A DNA stretch of 64,000 bases from Thermincola ferriacetica. GTDB taxonomy: Bacteria; Bacillota; Thermincolia; Thermincolales; UBA2595. The notes under the pieces were generated by a model. It saw nothing but the letters and a program-made list of their open reading frames with translations, was not told the origin of the DNA and ran no database searches. The position numbers and the translations under genes are program-made. Where the stretch lies: positions 13,655-77,654 of the forward strand of contig JAENZJ010000015.1 of the NCBI GenBank assembly GCA_016841325.1, written 5' to 3'. Positions 8,556-18,806 of the stretch are shown one piece after another; the first letter of the stretch is position 1; each line of letters starts with the position of its first letter.

Positions 8556-8915
8556 CTACTCCCCCCTGGGAGTAAAAACTGCCGCCACCAGGTACCCGAA
8601 AATAATGGCTGCTGCAATACCTGTTGCTGCAGCCTCAACTCCCCCGGCAAATGCCCCCAGGAGGCCGTTTTCCCGGACACCCCTGACAGCGCCCTGGGCC
8701 AGGAGGTGTCCAAACCCCGGAAGGGGTACTGTAGCTCCGGCGCCGGCAAAATCCACCAGCGGCTGGTACAGGCCAAGCGCGCTGAGGGCGACTCCTCCGG
8801 TGACAAAGCCCACCAGGATGTGTGCCGGAGTGACCCGGTAACTGGTCAGGTCCATCAGCAGCTGGCCAATTACACAAATCCCACCGCCTACAATAAATGC
8901 CTTGAGATAATCCAT
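8556..8915 (-). CDS. spoVAEb: Stage V sporulation protein AE (SpoVAC/SpoVAEb family)
   Basis: AFIVGGGICVIGQLL, AGAGATVPLPGFG; follows spoVAD. Confidence 0.92.
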   Translation of the reverse strand: MDYLKAFIVGGGICVIGQLLMDLTSYRVTPAHILVGFVTGGVALSALGLYQPLVDFAGAGATVPLPGFGHLLAQGAVRGVRENGLLGAFAGGVEAAATGIAAAIIFGYLVAAVFTPRGE

Positions 8916-8933
8916 TTTTTTCAGCCCTCCAGG

Positions 8934-9971
8934 TTAATCTGCTTCGATAACTACCGCATGTCCGATTCCGGGAATTGATTCACCCTGAAGGTTGCTGACA
9001 GGGCTCAACAGCGCTCCTGTCCCTATCCCCAGGACCCTTTTGAATTTTCCGGCCATTATTTCCTTTACCAGGTATCCGTTGAGGACCACAGCCGAACAGC
9101 CGCATCCGCTGCCGCCTGCATGGGTATCCTGGGCCGGATCATATATCAGGATGCCGCAGTCTGTATAATTCTCCGAAATATCATAACCCGCCTGTTTGAC
9201 CAGCTGTTCCGCCAGCGCTCGGCCCACCGCTGCCAGGTCCCCGGTAATTATCAGGTCATAATCTGACGGCTTCCGCCCGGTATCCCTGAAATGCCGGATG
9301 ATTGTATCTGCAGCAGCAGGTGCCATGGCGCTTCCCATGTCATTGGGATCCTTGATACCCAGGTCAATTACCTTTCCAATAGTCACATGGGTTATCACCG
9401 GCCCGGTGCCCTGGTGACCGATAACTGCCGCCCCGGCCCCGGTCACAGTCCATTGTGAGGTCAGGGGCCTCTGGACACCCATTTCCGTTGGGTACCTGTA
9501 CTGGCGCTCAGCCGTATCATAGTGGCTGGATGCTGCTGCCAGCACATGGTCGGCAAACCCCCCCTCCACCAGCATGGCAGCCAGGGCAATTCCTTCAAAC
9601 ATGGTGGAACACGCCCCATACAGACCGATAAAAGGAATTCCCAGGTCCCGTGCCGTGAAATTTGCCGAAATCAACTGGTTTAACAGGTCACCGGCCATCA
9701 TAAAGTCTATGTCTGCAGCCGTCAGGCCGGCCTTTTTTATTGCCAGCTGGCAGGCCCCGGCGAGCATTTTTCGTTCTGCCTTTTCCCAGGTCTCCTCACC
9801 ATATAAGGTGTCGGAAAGGACGACGTCAAAAGTCCTCCCCAGCGGTCCCTGGCCTTCCTTGGGACCGGCAACAGATGCATTACCCCTGAAGACAGGCGGG
9901 TTGTGGAATGTTATTGTCTGTTGGCCGGTTTTTTTATGTGGTGCCACCTGATTTCCTGCCCCTTTACTCAA
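8934..9971 (-). CDS. spoVAD: Stage V sporulation protein AD
   Basis: GPKEGQGPL, AGDLLNQ, GLYGACST, ERQYRYPTE, AGGSGCGC, ESIPGIGHAV. Confidence 0.95.
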   Translation of the reverse strand: MSKGAGNQVAPHKKTGQQTITFHNPPVFRGNASVAGPKEGQGPLGRTFDVVLSDTLYGEETWEKAERKMLAGACQLAIKKAGLTAADIDFMMAGDLLNQLISANFTARDLGIPFIGLYGACSTMFEGIALAAMLVEGGFADHVLAAASSHYDTAERQYRYPTEMGVQRPLTSQWTVTGAGAAVIGHQGTGPVITHVTIGKVIDLGIKDPNDMGSAMAPAAADTIIRHFRDTGRKPSDYDLIITGDLAAVGRALAEQLVKQAGYDISENYTDCGILIYDPAQDTHAGGSGCGCSAVVLNGYLVKEIMAGKFKRVLGIGTGALLSPVSNLQGESIPGIGHAVVIEAD

Positions 9972-10416
9972 ACAGATAGGTCATCAATCCTACTATCCAG
10001 GCACTGACAAAACCATAGGCCAGGACCGGCCCGGCAATTGTGAACATCCTCTGTCCCACTCCGAATACCATCCCTTCCCGACGGTATTCCAGAGCCGGGG
10101 CCACAATAGAATTGGCAAACCCGGTAATCGGTACAATCGTCCCTGCACCGGCATACTTGGCAATGGAATCATATACTCCCAGCCCGGTCAGTATTGCAGC
10201 CACAAAAATCAGGGTAGCAGCCGCTGCCGCACTGGCGTCGTCCTTTGCCAATCCTACAGAAATGTAGAAATTCCATAACGCCTGTCCCAGGGTACAGATA
10301 GCCCCGCCAAAGAAAAACGCTCCGGTTACGTTCCTGACCAGGGGTGGTTTTGGCTTTATCCTGGCCACCATCTGGCTGTATATTTTTTTCTGCATTTCAT
10401 GCTCAGAAGCCTTCAT
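9964..10416 (-). CDS. spoVAC: Stage V sporulation protein AC
   Basis: AFFFGGAIC, AGAGTIVPITGFANS, ALEYRREG, FTIAGPV. Confidence 0.95.
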   Translation of the reverse strand: MKASEHEMQKKIYSQMVARIKPKPPLVRNVTGAFFFGGAICTLGQALWNFYISVGLAKDDASAAAAATLIFVAAILTGLGVYDSIAKYAGAGTIVPITGFANSIVAPALEYRREGMVFGVGQRMFTIAGPVLAYGFVSAWIVGLMTYLFE

Positions 10417-10454
10417 TTCCCTTCACTCCCCCGTGAATTATTACCACACAATTA

Positions 10455-10483
10455 TAATCTGCCATCCCGCTTTATTTTTATAC
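10455..10483 (-). promoter_or_regulatory. Possible sigmaG/sigmaF promoter of spoVA operon
   Basis: GTATA (10483-10479), 17 nt spacer, CAGATTA (10461-10455); spoVA is sigmaG-dependent in B. subtilis. Confidence 0.5.
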
Positions 10484-10741
10484 CTGATAAACCATTAAGA
10501 GGCAGGCATATAGGTAATATTGTATGCCTCTTTCCATTCGTTTTTCAGGTCGTCCGTCCAGGACAGTCGAACGGGCTCTTTGCGCTTTAGCGCTTAGAGC
10601 CCGTTTTACCCTTTGGGTAGACCCGCAAAGCGGGAGCTGATGCCGGCGGAGATATTGCCCGCCGGAGGAATACATCTACCACTTTCCATTTTACATTTTA
10701 ATATTTTTTAAAAATATGGACCTTTGAAATCCTGGAAAGAG

Positions 10742-10936
10742 CTACTCTGTATAGGCTATTTTCACATTAGCCTTAAAATCCACCAGGTCACCGTCAACAA
10801 CATCTGCCGTTAGATTATAAACCTCTACACCGGTGATGTTGTCAAATCTCCTGGAGGCATCCTTGACGGCATTCTGGACGGCACTTTTCCAACTGCTCTC
10901 GGATTCTCCTATTACTTCAACCACTTTTACGTACAT
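10742..10936 (-). CDS. Dodecin family protein
   Basis: 64 aa; KVVEVIGES..SW..AVQNAV..AS and KANVKIAY match the dodecin pattern; strong AGGAGG RBS. Confidence 0.85.
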   Translation of the reverse strand: MYVKVVEVIGESESSWKSAVQNAVKDASRRFDNITGVEVYNLTADVVDGDLVDFKANVKIAYTE

Positions 10937-11003
10937 GTGCTAACCATCCTCCTTAAAATTTTATTGCATAACCTATCAAAATTTTTTCCCTAAACAACAA
11001 AAT

Positions 11004-11801
11004 CTATGCATCACCAGACTCCTGTTCATTTAACATAGCCCTGATGTTTTTCAGGGCCTGTCTCTCAATTCTGGAAACCTGGACCTGGGAAATGTTCATC
11101 ATATCTGCTACCTGTGACTGGGTCTTGTCCTCGAAAAAGCGCAGCAGCAGAACGGATTTTTCCCTTTCAGGAAGCCTCTGGATGACATCCTTTAAGGCGA
11201 TTTTATCAAACCACCCGCTGCTTTCTTCCGTCTCACCCGCTATGGCATCCATGACATAGATCGGGTCACCGTCATCCTGATATACAGTCTCAAATATGGA
11301 GGTGGGTGTCTGGGCAGCTTCCAGGGCAGTTAGTATTTCTTCCCCTTCAAGCCCGGTATATTCCGACACCTCCTGTATCGATGGTTCCCTGCCAAGGGTT
11401 GCGGTAAGTTCTTCCCTCGCCTTGTGTACTTTATGCACGGTCTCCTTTAATGAGCGGCTGACCTTTACCGGATTGTCGTCCCTGAGAAACCTCCTGATTT
11501 CACCGATAATCAAAGGCACCGCATATGTGGAAAACTTGACATTATAACTTAAATCAAACTTATCAATAGCCTTTATCAGGCCTATGGTCCCAATCTGAAA
11601 CAGGTCCTCCAGTTCATGTCCCCTGTTGGCAAAACGCTGGACCAGACTGAAAACCAGTTTCAGGTTACAGTTCACCAAAATTTCCCTGGCCTCTTCATCC
11701 CCGTCCTTGACCCTTCTTAACAGGCCTTTAATTTCTTCATCCGAAAGAAGCGGGAACCGGGGAAGATTCATTTCCGATAACCGGGTATTCAAATTTCCCA
11801 C
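11004..11801 (-). CDS. sigF: RNA polymerase sporulation sigma factor SigF
   Basis: DLFQIGTIGLIKAIDKFD, FSTYAVP, RRFLRDD, SQVQVSR; third gene of the spoIIA operon. Confidence 0.96.
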   Translation of the reverse strand: MGNLNTRLSEMNLPRFPLLSDEEIKGLLRRVKDGDEEAREILVNCNLKLVFSLVQRFANRGHELEDLFQIGTIGLIKAIDKFDLSYNVKFSTYAVPLIIGEIRRFLRDDNPVKVSRSLKETVHKVHKAREELTATLGREPSIQEVSEYTGLEGEEILTALEAAQTPTSIFETVYQDDGDPIYVMDAIAGETEESSGWFDKIALKDVIQRLPEREKSVLLLRFFEDKTQSQVADMMNISQVQVSRIERQALKNIRAMLNEQESGDA

Positions 11802-11806
11802 CCCGC

Positions 11807-12271
11807 TTAGTTCTCTTCAGATATTAATTCAGATGATGCTGCCACTCTCCTGGGCGGCTTCTTAGTCATAATGACCCTGGTTCCCTTGTCAACAGCAGAC
11901 TCCACTTTAAGGGTTTCCATAAATGATTGCATAAAGGTGAAACCAAGTCCCATTCTTTCGGGGTCAGTGGAAAAAGCAGTTTCCATTGCCTTGGGTACAT
12001 CGGGAATACCTTTGCCCTCATCTTCAATTACTAATTCCAACACCGCGTCTTCATAAATGGTACACAGCAGAGTGACAATCCTGTTGGGGTCATTATCATA
12101 TCCATGGATAATGCTGTTTGATACGGCTTCAGATACAACAATCTTTATTTCCTCCAGGTCTTCAAGGGTAAATTCCATCTGTGCCGCAAAGGCTCCGGCG
12201 GCTGACCTTGCCAGAGGCACGTTCTCCGGCACAGACATAAAAGATAATTTAACTTGGTTCCTGATCTTCAT
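11807..12271 (-). CDS. spoIIAB: Anti-sigma F factor
   Basis: VSEAVSNSIIHGY, DEGKGI, ERMGLGFTFM, GTRVIM (GHKL fold). Confidence 0.96.
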   Translation of the reverse strand: MKIRNQVKLSFMSVPENVPLARSAAGAFAAQMEFTLEDLEEIKIVVSEAVSNSIIHGYDNDPNRIVTLLCTIYEDAVLELVIEDEGKGIPDVPKAMETAFSTDPERMGLGFTFMQSFMETLKVESAVDKGTRVIMTKKPPRRVAASSELISEEN

Positions 12272-12283
12272 TTTTCAGACCCC

Positions 12284-12619
12284 CTACATTGCCTCCAGGG
12301 CATCATTTTCTGTTTCAAATTCACTTGTAATGCGCAGAATCCCTGACAGTTCCAGAATCCTCCTGACCTGTGGCGGAGCTCCCACCAGGACCACCTTACC
12401 TCCGCCCATGGTGATATTCTTATACCTCCCCAGGATGGCACCCAGGCCAGAACTGTCTATAAAGTTGACTCCCTTCAGGTTCAGGACCAGATTTTTGGTA
12501 CAGTTTCTTTCCATCAGTGTATCAATTTTCCTCCTGAACTCATCTGCGACCAGCATATCCAGTTCTCCGGCCACCCTTATAATCAGTGTTTTCCGGTCAA
12601 CCGCAGATTCAATCTTCAT
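12284..12619 (-). CDS. spoIIAA: Anti-anti-sigma F factor
   Basis: GELD, FIDSSGLGAILGRYK (STAS domain). Start placed at ATG 12619. Confidence 0.96.
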   Translation of the reverse strand: MKIESAVDRKTLIIRVAGELDMLVADEFRRKIDTLMERNCTKNLVLNLKGVNFIDSSGLGAILGRYKNITMGGGKVVLVGAPPQVRRILELSGILRITSEFETENDALEAM

Positions 12620-12652
12620 ATATGCTCCCACCCTCCTGTTACATGCTAACGG

Positions 12653-12680
12653 ATTCTACAGGCTGGATACTTTTTCCTTC
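12653..12680 (-). promoter_or_regulatory. SigmaH promoter of spoIIA operon
   Basis: GAAGGAAAA, 12 nt spacer, GTAGAAT matches RnAGGAwWW-N11/12-RnnGAAT; an imperfect 0A box (TGTCGAC) lies near 12710-12716. Confidence 0.7.
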
Positions 12681-12741
12681 TAATCTGCTGCAAAACAATT
12701 GTAACCTTATGTCGACAAATAGCAGAATCTTTACTGCAGAT

Positions 12742-12781
12742 AAACAAGGTATCCCCCTGGCGAGAGGGGGATACCTTGTTT
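12742..12781 (-). terminator. Intrinsic terminator after dacF
   Basis: AACAAGGTATCCCCCT ... AGGGGGATACCTTGTT long perfect inverted repeat. Confidence 0.8.
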
Positions 12782-12813
12782 ATTCGTATATTGTGATTAA
12801 ACTGTTACTGCTG

Positions 12814-13962
12814 TTACTGGCTGTATGAATAGACGTTATTCAGGAGTTTAAACATTTGCCTGAACACAGTGCCCCGGGGTATTTCCCTGGCTGCGGCAAG
12901 GTCAACCTTGAGCACTTCCTTACCGTCTTCATATACGACAACCTTACCCAGTACCTGACCCCTGGCAACCGGAGCTATAACTGTCGGGTCAACAAAAACT
13001 TTATGGGTTACCGCCTCTTTTTGTCCCTTCAGAACTACGGCACTTACCTGATTTTTTGTGGCCACTTCCACCCAGTCTACTGTACCTTTGCCGACCCTGA
13101 CTTTACCCATAACCCGTCCCTGAGGTGCAATGGGGACTGCTTCATACTGGGCAAAACCGTAGTTATAAAGTTTCATGGACTCCCTGAAGTGGCTCCTGGG
13201 CTCAGGTGTAGCCATGACCACAGCAATCAGCCTGAGATTGTCCCTTTCGGCAACAGATGCCAGGCAGTACTTGGCCTCAGAAGTCCAGCCTGTTTTGCCC
13301 CCGAGGGTCCCCCGGTACCACCAGAGAAGTTTATTAGTATTATCTAGTATAAACTCTCCACCCCTGAGTTCATATCTCTTGATTGAAGTTAATTCAAGAA
13401 ACAGGGGGTGTTTTATGGCTTCCCTCATCATAACGGACAAGTCCCTGGCTGAAGTGTAGTGGCCTTCAGCCGGGAGACCGTAAGCATTGACAAAGTTGGT
13501 ATGTTTGCACCCCAACTCCGCCGCCTTTTGGTTCATCATTTTAACAAATGCCTCATGGGAACCGGCAATATGTTCGGCAACGGCAACACAACAGTCATTG
13601 GCAGACCCTACCGCAATTGCAATCAGCATTGTCTTCAGGGACATTTCCTCACCAGGCTCCAGATATATCTGTGAACCACCCATCTGGGATGCATTTTCGC
13701 TGGTCTGGACAATGTCAGCGAGCTTGGCCCTGCCATTTTCAATAGCGTCAAATGCTGTCAGGAGGGTCATCACCTTAGTCACACTTGCCGGCGGCAGTTC
13801 CTTGTCAGGTTCTTTTTCAAACAGAACTTTTCCGGTTGCAGCATCAACAAGTATAGCTGACTCGGCTGTGGTCTCCAGTTCCGGCTGAGCACTGGCCTGT
13901 GCAGCCTGGAATATCAGCATCAGAAATACGGTAACCAGACAAAACATTTTTTTCAGTTTCAT
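12814..13962 (-). CDS. dacF: D-alanyl-D-alanine carboxypeptidase DacF
   Basis: PPASVTKVMT (SxxK), GSAN (SxN), GKTG; signal peptide; upstream of spoIIA. Confidence 0.92.
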   Translation of the reverse strand: MKLKKMFCLVTVFLMLIFQAAQASAQPELETTAESAILVDAATGKVLFEKEPDKELPPASVTKVMTLLTAFDAIENGRAKLADIVQTSENASQMGGSQIYLEPGEEMSLKTMLIAIAVGSANDCCVAVAEHIAGSHEAFVKMMNQKAAELGCKHTNFVNAYGLPAEGHYTSARDLSVMMREAIKHPLFLELTSIKRYELRGGEFILDNTNKLLWWYRGTLGGKTGWTSEAKYCLASVAERDNLRLIAVVMATPEPRSHFRESMKLYNYGFAQYEAVPIAPQGRVMGKVRVGKGTVDWVEVATKNQVSAVVLKGQKEAVTHKVFVDPTVIAPVARGQVLGKVVVYEDGKEVLKVDLAAAREIPRGTVFRQMFKLLNNVYSYSQ

Positions 13963-14086
13963 TTTTCTGCCCCCTCTTGAAATTCTCTGCTAGATTTTCT
14001 GATTTAAATATTTCTGAGATTTTAATTTAAGTATTTCAATTTCTTGAAGGGGTTATTCGCGAAAACGGTTTTTCATCCTTTCCGTT

Positions 14087-15412
14087 TTAGTACATTTTTA
14101 CTCCCTCCGGGGTTACCTGACCCCATATAAGTTTCCCCGGTTCAGGTGGTTCCTGGCTTATCTCAATTGCCCTAAGGACCAACTCTTTCACCTGATCTGC
14201 TTTTTCAGCATTATTTGCACAGATGACAGCCAGAGGCTCACCTCCGTTAACTTTGTCACCCCGTTTTTTCATCAGCTCAATCCCTACAGAATGGTCAATC
14301 TGTGAGTCTTTGGTTTCCCTGCCTGCCCCCAGTGTCATGGCAGCAATTCCGATCTGTTCTGCCCGGATACCTGAGATATACCCATCCCTATGGGAATAAA
14401 CAGTAATTTTTTCTCCTGCCTGGGGAAGCAGGGACAGGTTGTCAATAAATGAGGGGTCTCCGCCCTGGTTTTCCACCAGTTCCCTGAACTTTTCCAGGCC
14501 CCGGCCGTTATCAATAAATGCTTCCAACTGTTCCCTGGCTTCCTCTGCTGAGGCTGCCTTACCTGCCAGGTATACCATATGGCTTCCCAGAACCAGGCAG
14601 AGTTCCCTTAGGTCCGGGGGCCCGTCTCCCCTGAGGCACTCAACAGCCTCCCGCACCTCCAGGGCATTTCCAACCGTATTCCCCAGCGGCTGCTCCATAT
14701 CGGTAATCAGGGCGACAGTCTGCCTGCCCACGCGGGTACCTATTTCCACCATTGCCTTTGCCAGGTCTGCAGCACTTTCCAGGGTTTTCATAAAGGCACC
14801 GTCTCCTGTTTTGACATCCAGGACTATGGCATCTGCCCCGGCGGCTATTTTTTTGCTCATCACACTGCTGGCAATCAGAGGGATACTGTCAACTGTTGCC
14901 GTGACATCCCTCAGAGCATACAGCTTCTTGTCCGCCGGCGCCAGGTTCCCGGTCTGGCCTCCGATGCTGATTCCGATTCGGTTGACATTTTCAATGAACA
15001 CATCCCTGTCAAGGGAAGTGTTAAAACCCGGAATGGATTCCAGTTTGTCTATCGTACCCCCGGTATGCCCAAGGCCTCTCCCTGACATCTTGGCAACCGG
15101 GACACCGGCTGCAGCCACCAGCGGGCCAAGTACAAGGGTAGTCTTGTCACCCACACCGCCCGTACTGTGCTTATCCACCTTTATACCGGCTATTCCCGAA
15201 AGGTCCACCTGTTCACCTGATGACACTATAGCCATGGTCAGGTCAGAGGTCTCCCTTGCCGTCATGCCCTGGAAAAAAACGGCCATTACAAAGGCCGCAA
15301 TCTGGTAGTCGGGAACACTCCCTGACATATACCCCCTGATCAGATGGTTTATTTCTTCAGTGGACAGCTCCATGCCGTTTCTTTTTTTTAAGATAGTGTC
15401 ATAAACCCTCAC
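14087..15412 (-). CDS. pdp: Pyrimidine-nucleoside phosphorylase
   Basis: [45 protein letters not shown]. Confidence 0.96.
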   Translation of the reverse strand: MRVYDTILKKRNGMELSTEEINHLIRGYMSGSVPDYQIAAFVMAVFFQGMTARETSDLTMAIVSSGEQVDLSGIAGIKVDKHSTGGVGDKTTLVLGPLVAAAGVPVAKMSGRGLGHTGGTIDKLESIPGFNTSLDRDVFIENVNRIGISIGGQTGNLAPADKKLYALRDVTATVDSIPLIASSVMSKKIAAGADAIVLDVKTGDGAFMKTLESAADLAKAMVEIGTRVGRQTVALITDMEQPLGNTVGNALEVREAVECLRGDGPPDLRELCLVLGSHMVYLAGKAASAEEAREQLEAFIDNGRGLEKFRELVENQGGDPSFIDNLSLLPQAGEKITVYSHRDGYISGIRAEQIGIAAMTLGAGRETKDSQIDHSVGIELMKKRGDKVNGGEPLAVICANNAEKADQVKELVLRAIEISQEPPEPGKLIWGQVTPEGVKMY

Positions 15413-16233
15413 AGGGGGCTCACCTCTTCCAGGATTCCCTTAACCAGGGTAATGAACTGGTCCCTCACCCTGTTGGCTGTCTCCATAACTTCTGCATGGT
15501 TAAGTTTTTGCTGCAGGACACCTGCCGCCATATTGGTAACACATGATATACCCGTGACCCTGATTCCTGCATGATTTGCCACTATTACCTCCGGAACTGT
15601 TGACATGCCGACGGCATCAGCGCCTATAGTCCGCAGGTACCTGATCTCAGCAGGTGTCTCATAAGAAGGCCCTGTCATTGCCGCATATACACCCTTGCGG
15701 CAGGCCAGCCCTTTCTTTTGGGCCACCTCCTCGGCGATAGCTATTAATTCCCTGTCATAAGCCTCAGACATGTCCGGAAACCTGGGTCCGATGTCATCAT
15801 AATTCTTCCCGATTAACGGATTTGTCCCCATCAGGTTGATATGGTCTGTTATCAGCATCAGGTCACCCGGCTGGAATTCCCGGTTGATCCCGCCTGATGC
15901 ATTGGTAACCAGGAGGACCTTTACCCCCAGCCTTTGCATCACCCTGACCGGAAAGACCACCTGTTCCATGGAATACCCTTCGTAAAAATGAAACCGCCCC
16001 TGCATCAGGACCAGATTTTTGCCGGAAAGCTCACCGAAAATGAGCTGTCCTTCATGGCCCTCAACTGTAGAGACAGGAAAATGAGGCAGCTCTGAATAAG
16101 GCAGTTTTTGCTGGTTTTTTACCTCGGCAGCCAGGACGCCAAGTCCGCTCCCCAGAACAACCCCAACCTGGGGGCGTACCGAAATTTTCCGCCTGATAAA
16201 ATCGACTGTTTCCTGAATCCTCACTGAACACAT
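15409..16233 (-). CDS. punA: Purine-nucleoside phosphorylase
   Basis: [41 protein letters not shown]. Confidence 0.95.
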   Translation of the reverse strand: MCSVRIQETVDFIRRKISVRPQVGVVLGSGLGVLAAEVKNQQKLPYSELPHFPVSTVEGHEGQLIFGELSGKNLVLMQGRFHFYEGYSMEQVVFPVRVMQRLGVKVLLVTNASGGINREFQPGDLMLITDHINLMGTNPLIGKNYDDIGPRFPDMSEAYDRELIAIAEEVAQKKGLACRKGVYAAMTGPSYETPAEIRYLRTIGADAVGMSTVPEVIVANHAGIRVTGISCVTNMAAGVLQQKLNHAEVMETANRVRDQFITLVKGILEEVSPL

Positions 16234-16247
16234 ATATTTACCCCTCC

Positions 16248-17423
16248 TTACAACACTTCGGTTAAAAAGCTTGTCCCGTTCCCGGTCTGTAGTCCGAAAT
16301 TGTCGGCAATACTAGCCGCAATATCGGCAAAACTCTGCCTTATACCCAGGTTTATCCCCTTCCTGACTGCAGGACCGTATACCAGCAGAGGAACATATTC
16401 CCTGGAATGGTCGGTACTTTCTGTAGTCGGGTCACAACCATGGTCAGCCGTGATTATCAGGAGGTTCTCTTCACTGATAAGTTCCATAATCTCCGGCAGT
16501 CGGCTGTCCAGTTCTTCCAGAGCCCGGGCATACCCCTCAGGATCGTTTCTGTGCCCATATGATGAGTCAAAATCCACCAGATTGGTAAAAATAAGTCCTT
16601 CCCGGGCCTGTTTCAGAAAGGCAACGGTCCTGTCAACACCGTCCATATTATCAGTTGTATGTACGGCTTCGGTAATGCCTCTGCCGGCAAAAATATCCTT
16701 AATCTTTCCAACTGCCTGTACAGATTTACCGCTTTCTTTAAGCATATCCAGAATGGTTGTCCCAATAGGTTCCAGAGAAAAGTCATGCCTGTTGGATGTC
16801 CTTTTAAACTCCCCCGGCCGCCCGACAAAAGGCCGCGCAATAACCCTTCCCACAGCATATTCCCCGGTTAGGACGGCTCTGGCAGTCCGGCACATTTCAT
16901 AAAGCTCGTCCAGAGGGATGACCTCCTCATGTGCCGCAATCTGGAATACACTATCAGCCGAGGTATATACTATCGGCTTCCCTGTATTTATGTGTTGTTC
17001 TCCCAGACGGGCAATTATCTCTGTCCCTGAGGCAACCTCATTACCCAGGACTTTTCGGCCTGTCCGGGCCTCAAACTCACTGATAACAGATTCCGGAAAC
17101 CCCTGCGGGAATACGGGAAATGGCTTTTCTAGGACCAGACCGGCTATTTCCCAGTGTCCTGTTGTGGTATCCTTGCCGGCAGAAACCTCAGCCATCCTTC
17201 CAAAGGCAGCAAGGGGCGCTTCTACCGGAGGCACCCCGGTAATATCCGCAATGTTACCCAGGCCCATTTTCTGCAGGTTCGGCAGTTTAAGACCTCCGAC
17301 CGCCCTCGCTGTATTGGCCAGGGTATTGCTCCCCATGTCCCCGTATTTGGCGGCATCAGGCAGCTCACCGATACCCAGGCTGTCAATCACTATGACTGTT
17401 ATGTTTCTTATGCTATTCATCAT
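16248..17423 (-). CDS. deoB: Phosphopentomutase
   Basis: [52 protein letters not shown]. Confidence 0.96.
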   Translation of the reverse strand: MMNSIRNITVIVIDSLGIGELPDAAKYGDMGSNTLANTARAVGGLKLPNLQKMGLGNIADITGVPPVEAPLAAFGRMAEVSAGKDTTTGHWEIAGLVLEKPFPVFPQGFPESVISEFEARTGRKVLGNEVASGTEIIARLGEQHINTGKPIVYTSADSVFQIAAHEEVIPLDELYEMCRTARAVLTGEYAVGRVIARPFVGRPGEFKRTSNRHDFSLEPIGTTILDMLKESGKSVQAVGKIKDIFAGRGITEAVHTTDNMDGVDRTVAFLKQAREGLIFTNLVDFDSSYGHRNDPEGYARALEELDSRLPEIMELISEENLLIITADHGCDPTTESTDHSREYVPLLVYGPAVRKGINLGIRQSFADIAASIADNFGLQTGNGTSFLTEVL

Positions 17424-17446
17424 TAACCTCTCCTGTATTTACTTAT

Positions 17447-18334
17447 TTATGCTCTGGGATGGCTCTTGGCATATACCTCCCTTAACCGTCCCTTGGTCAG
17501 GTGTGTATAAATCTGTGTTGTGGTAATATCGGCATGGCCCAGCATTTCCTGTACCGAACGCAGGTCGGCTCCGTTTTCCAGCAGGTGGGTGGCAAAGGAA
17601 TGCCTCAGGGTATGTGGGGTAATATCCTTGGCAATTCCGGCCCTGGTGGCATATTTTTTGATAATCTTCCAAAAACCCTGTCTGGTAAGCCTTCGTCCGT
17701 GCTGGTTGACAAACAGGGCTTTTTCAGACCTGTTTTTTATTAGTTTTGGTCTTCCTTTTTGCAAATATTCGTGAACACATTTACGGGCCAGGCTGCCCAC
17801 AGGAACTATCCGCTCCTTGGAGCCCTTGCCAAAACACCTTATGTATCCCATATCCAGGTTGATATGATTTATGTCAAGGGAAATAAGTTCACTCACCCGT
17901 ATCCCTGTGGCGTACAACAATTCCAGCATAGCCTTGTCACGAAGTCCTGCAGGTTCATTCCCCCTGGGCTGGCTCAGCAGGTTTTCAACTTCATTAACTG
18001 TGAGGATGCGCGGCAGTTTCTTTTCCAGTTTGGGTGACTCCAGATTTGCCGTAGGGTCCTTCTCAATGTACTTTTCCCTGAGCAGAAAATGGTAGAATGA
18101 TTTCAGGGCCGCCAGGTGCCTGGATACTGTTGCTGTGGCCCGTCCCCTCTTTTGCAGGAAAAGCAGGTAAGACATGATTACATTCCTGGTGGCCTTCTGC
18201 ACATTTTCGACCTTTTCATTCTCCAGAAATACCATAAACTGCTTTAAGTCCCGGTTATATGAATCAAGGGTGTTATCTGCCAGACCCCGCTCCACGGCAA
18301 GGTAATTGATAAATTCTTTAACCAGGCTTTTCAT
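17447..18334 (-). CDS. xerD: Site-specific tyrosine recombinase XerD (RipX)
   Basis: LYATGIRVSEL, GKGSKERIVP, TPHTLRHSFATHLLENGADLRSVQEMLGHA, TTQIYT; canonical position upstream of deoB-punA. Confidence 0.96.
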   Translation of the reverse strand: MKSLVKEFINYLAVERGLADNTLDSYNRDLKQFMVFLENEKVENVQKATRNVIMSYLLFLQKRGRATATVSRHLAALKSFYHFLLREKYIEKDPTANLESPKLEKKLPRILTVNEVENLLSQPRGNEPAGLRDKAMLELLYATGIRVSELISLDINHINLDMGYIRCFGKGSKERIVPVGSLARKCVHEYLQKGRPKLIKNRSEKALFVNQHGRRLTRQGFWKIIKKYATRAGIAKDITPHTLRHSFATHLLENGADLRSVQEMLGHADITTTQIYTHLTKGRLREVYAKSHPRA

Positions 18335-18439
18335 ATCCTTTACCTCTCTTTACACGTTTTCCGATTACTCCCCTATCTGCAAAAATAAGAGTAGCCCAGA
18401 CTACTCTTATTTCCACAATAAACCACTGAATTCCTTTTT

Positions 18440-18721
18440 TCATTGGTCTTTGTGGTAAAAATCTCTAACTTTAACAACAAACTGGTCTAGGACACTCGGG
18501 CTATTTTCTTGGGACTCCCTGGCCTGATTTTCAACCCGCATCGGGTTCCCGCTTGGCTTATCTTCCCTGAGCCACCCTTCCCTGATCAGCTCATTGTCGT
18601 GGTACATGTTATATAAGTGTCCTATTACCAGTGCCAGGACAAACAGTGTTACCAAAATCCGGAAGCCCACGGTAAGCCTTTTTTTGGTCCGGGGCCTTAA
18701 AACAACCAGCACCTGTACCAC
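18440..18721 (-). CDS. Small single-TM hypothetical protein (occupies the yqzK/DUF4227 position)
   Basis: 93 aa with one hydrophobic helix; syntenic position upstream of xerD; followed by hairpin AATAAGAGTAG...CTACTCTTATT. Confidence 0.6.
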   Translation of the reverse strand: MVQVLVVLRPRTKKRLTVGFRILVTLFVLALVIGHLYNMYHDNELIREGWLREDKPSGNPMRVENQARESQENSPSVLDQFVVKVRDFYHKDQ

Positions 18722-18806
18722 CTCTTTTTATCTGTTTAATTGGGGAGCAGCCTGCTATCATAATTTTATGACAAGAAGCAGGAAAATAGAACATTTTATG
18801 CCACTG

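Noticed and set aside
10478-10675. 65-aa ORF over the hairpin cluster
   Set aside because: No RBS or recognisable motif; the composition reflects the inverted repeats.
17447-18334. Tyrosine recombinase as a prophage or mobile-element integrase
   Set aside because: Motifs and position (upstream of deoB-punA-pdp) match housekeeping XerD/RipX; no att sites or phage genes are nearby.
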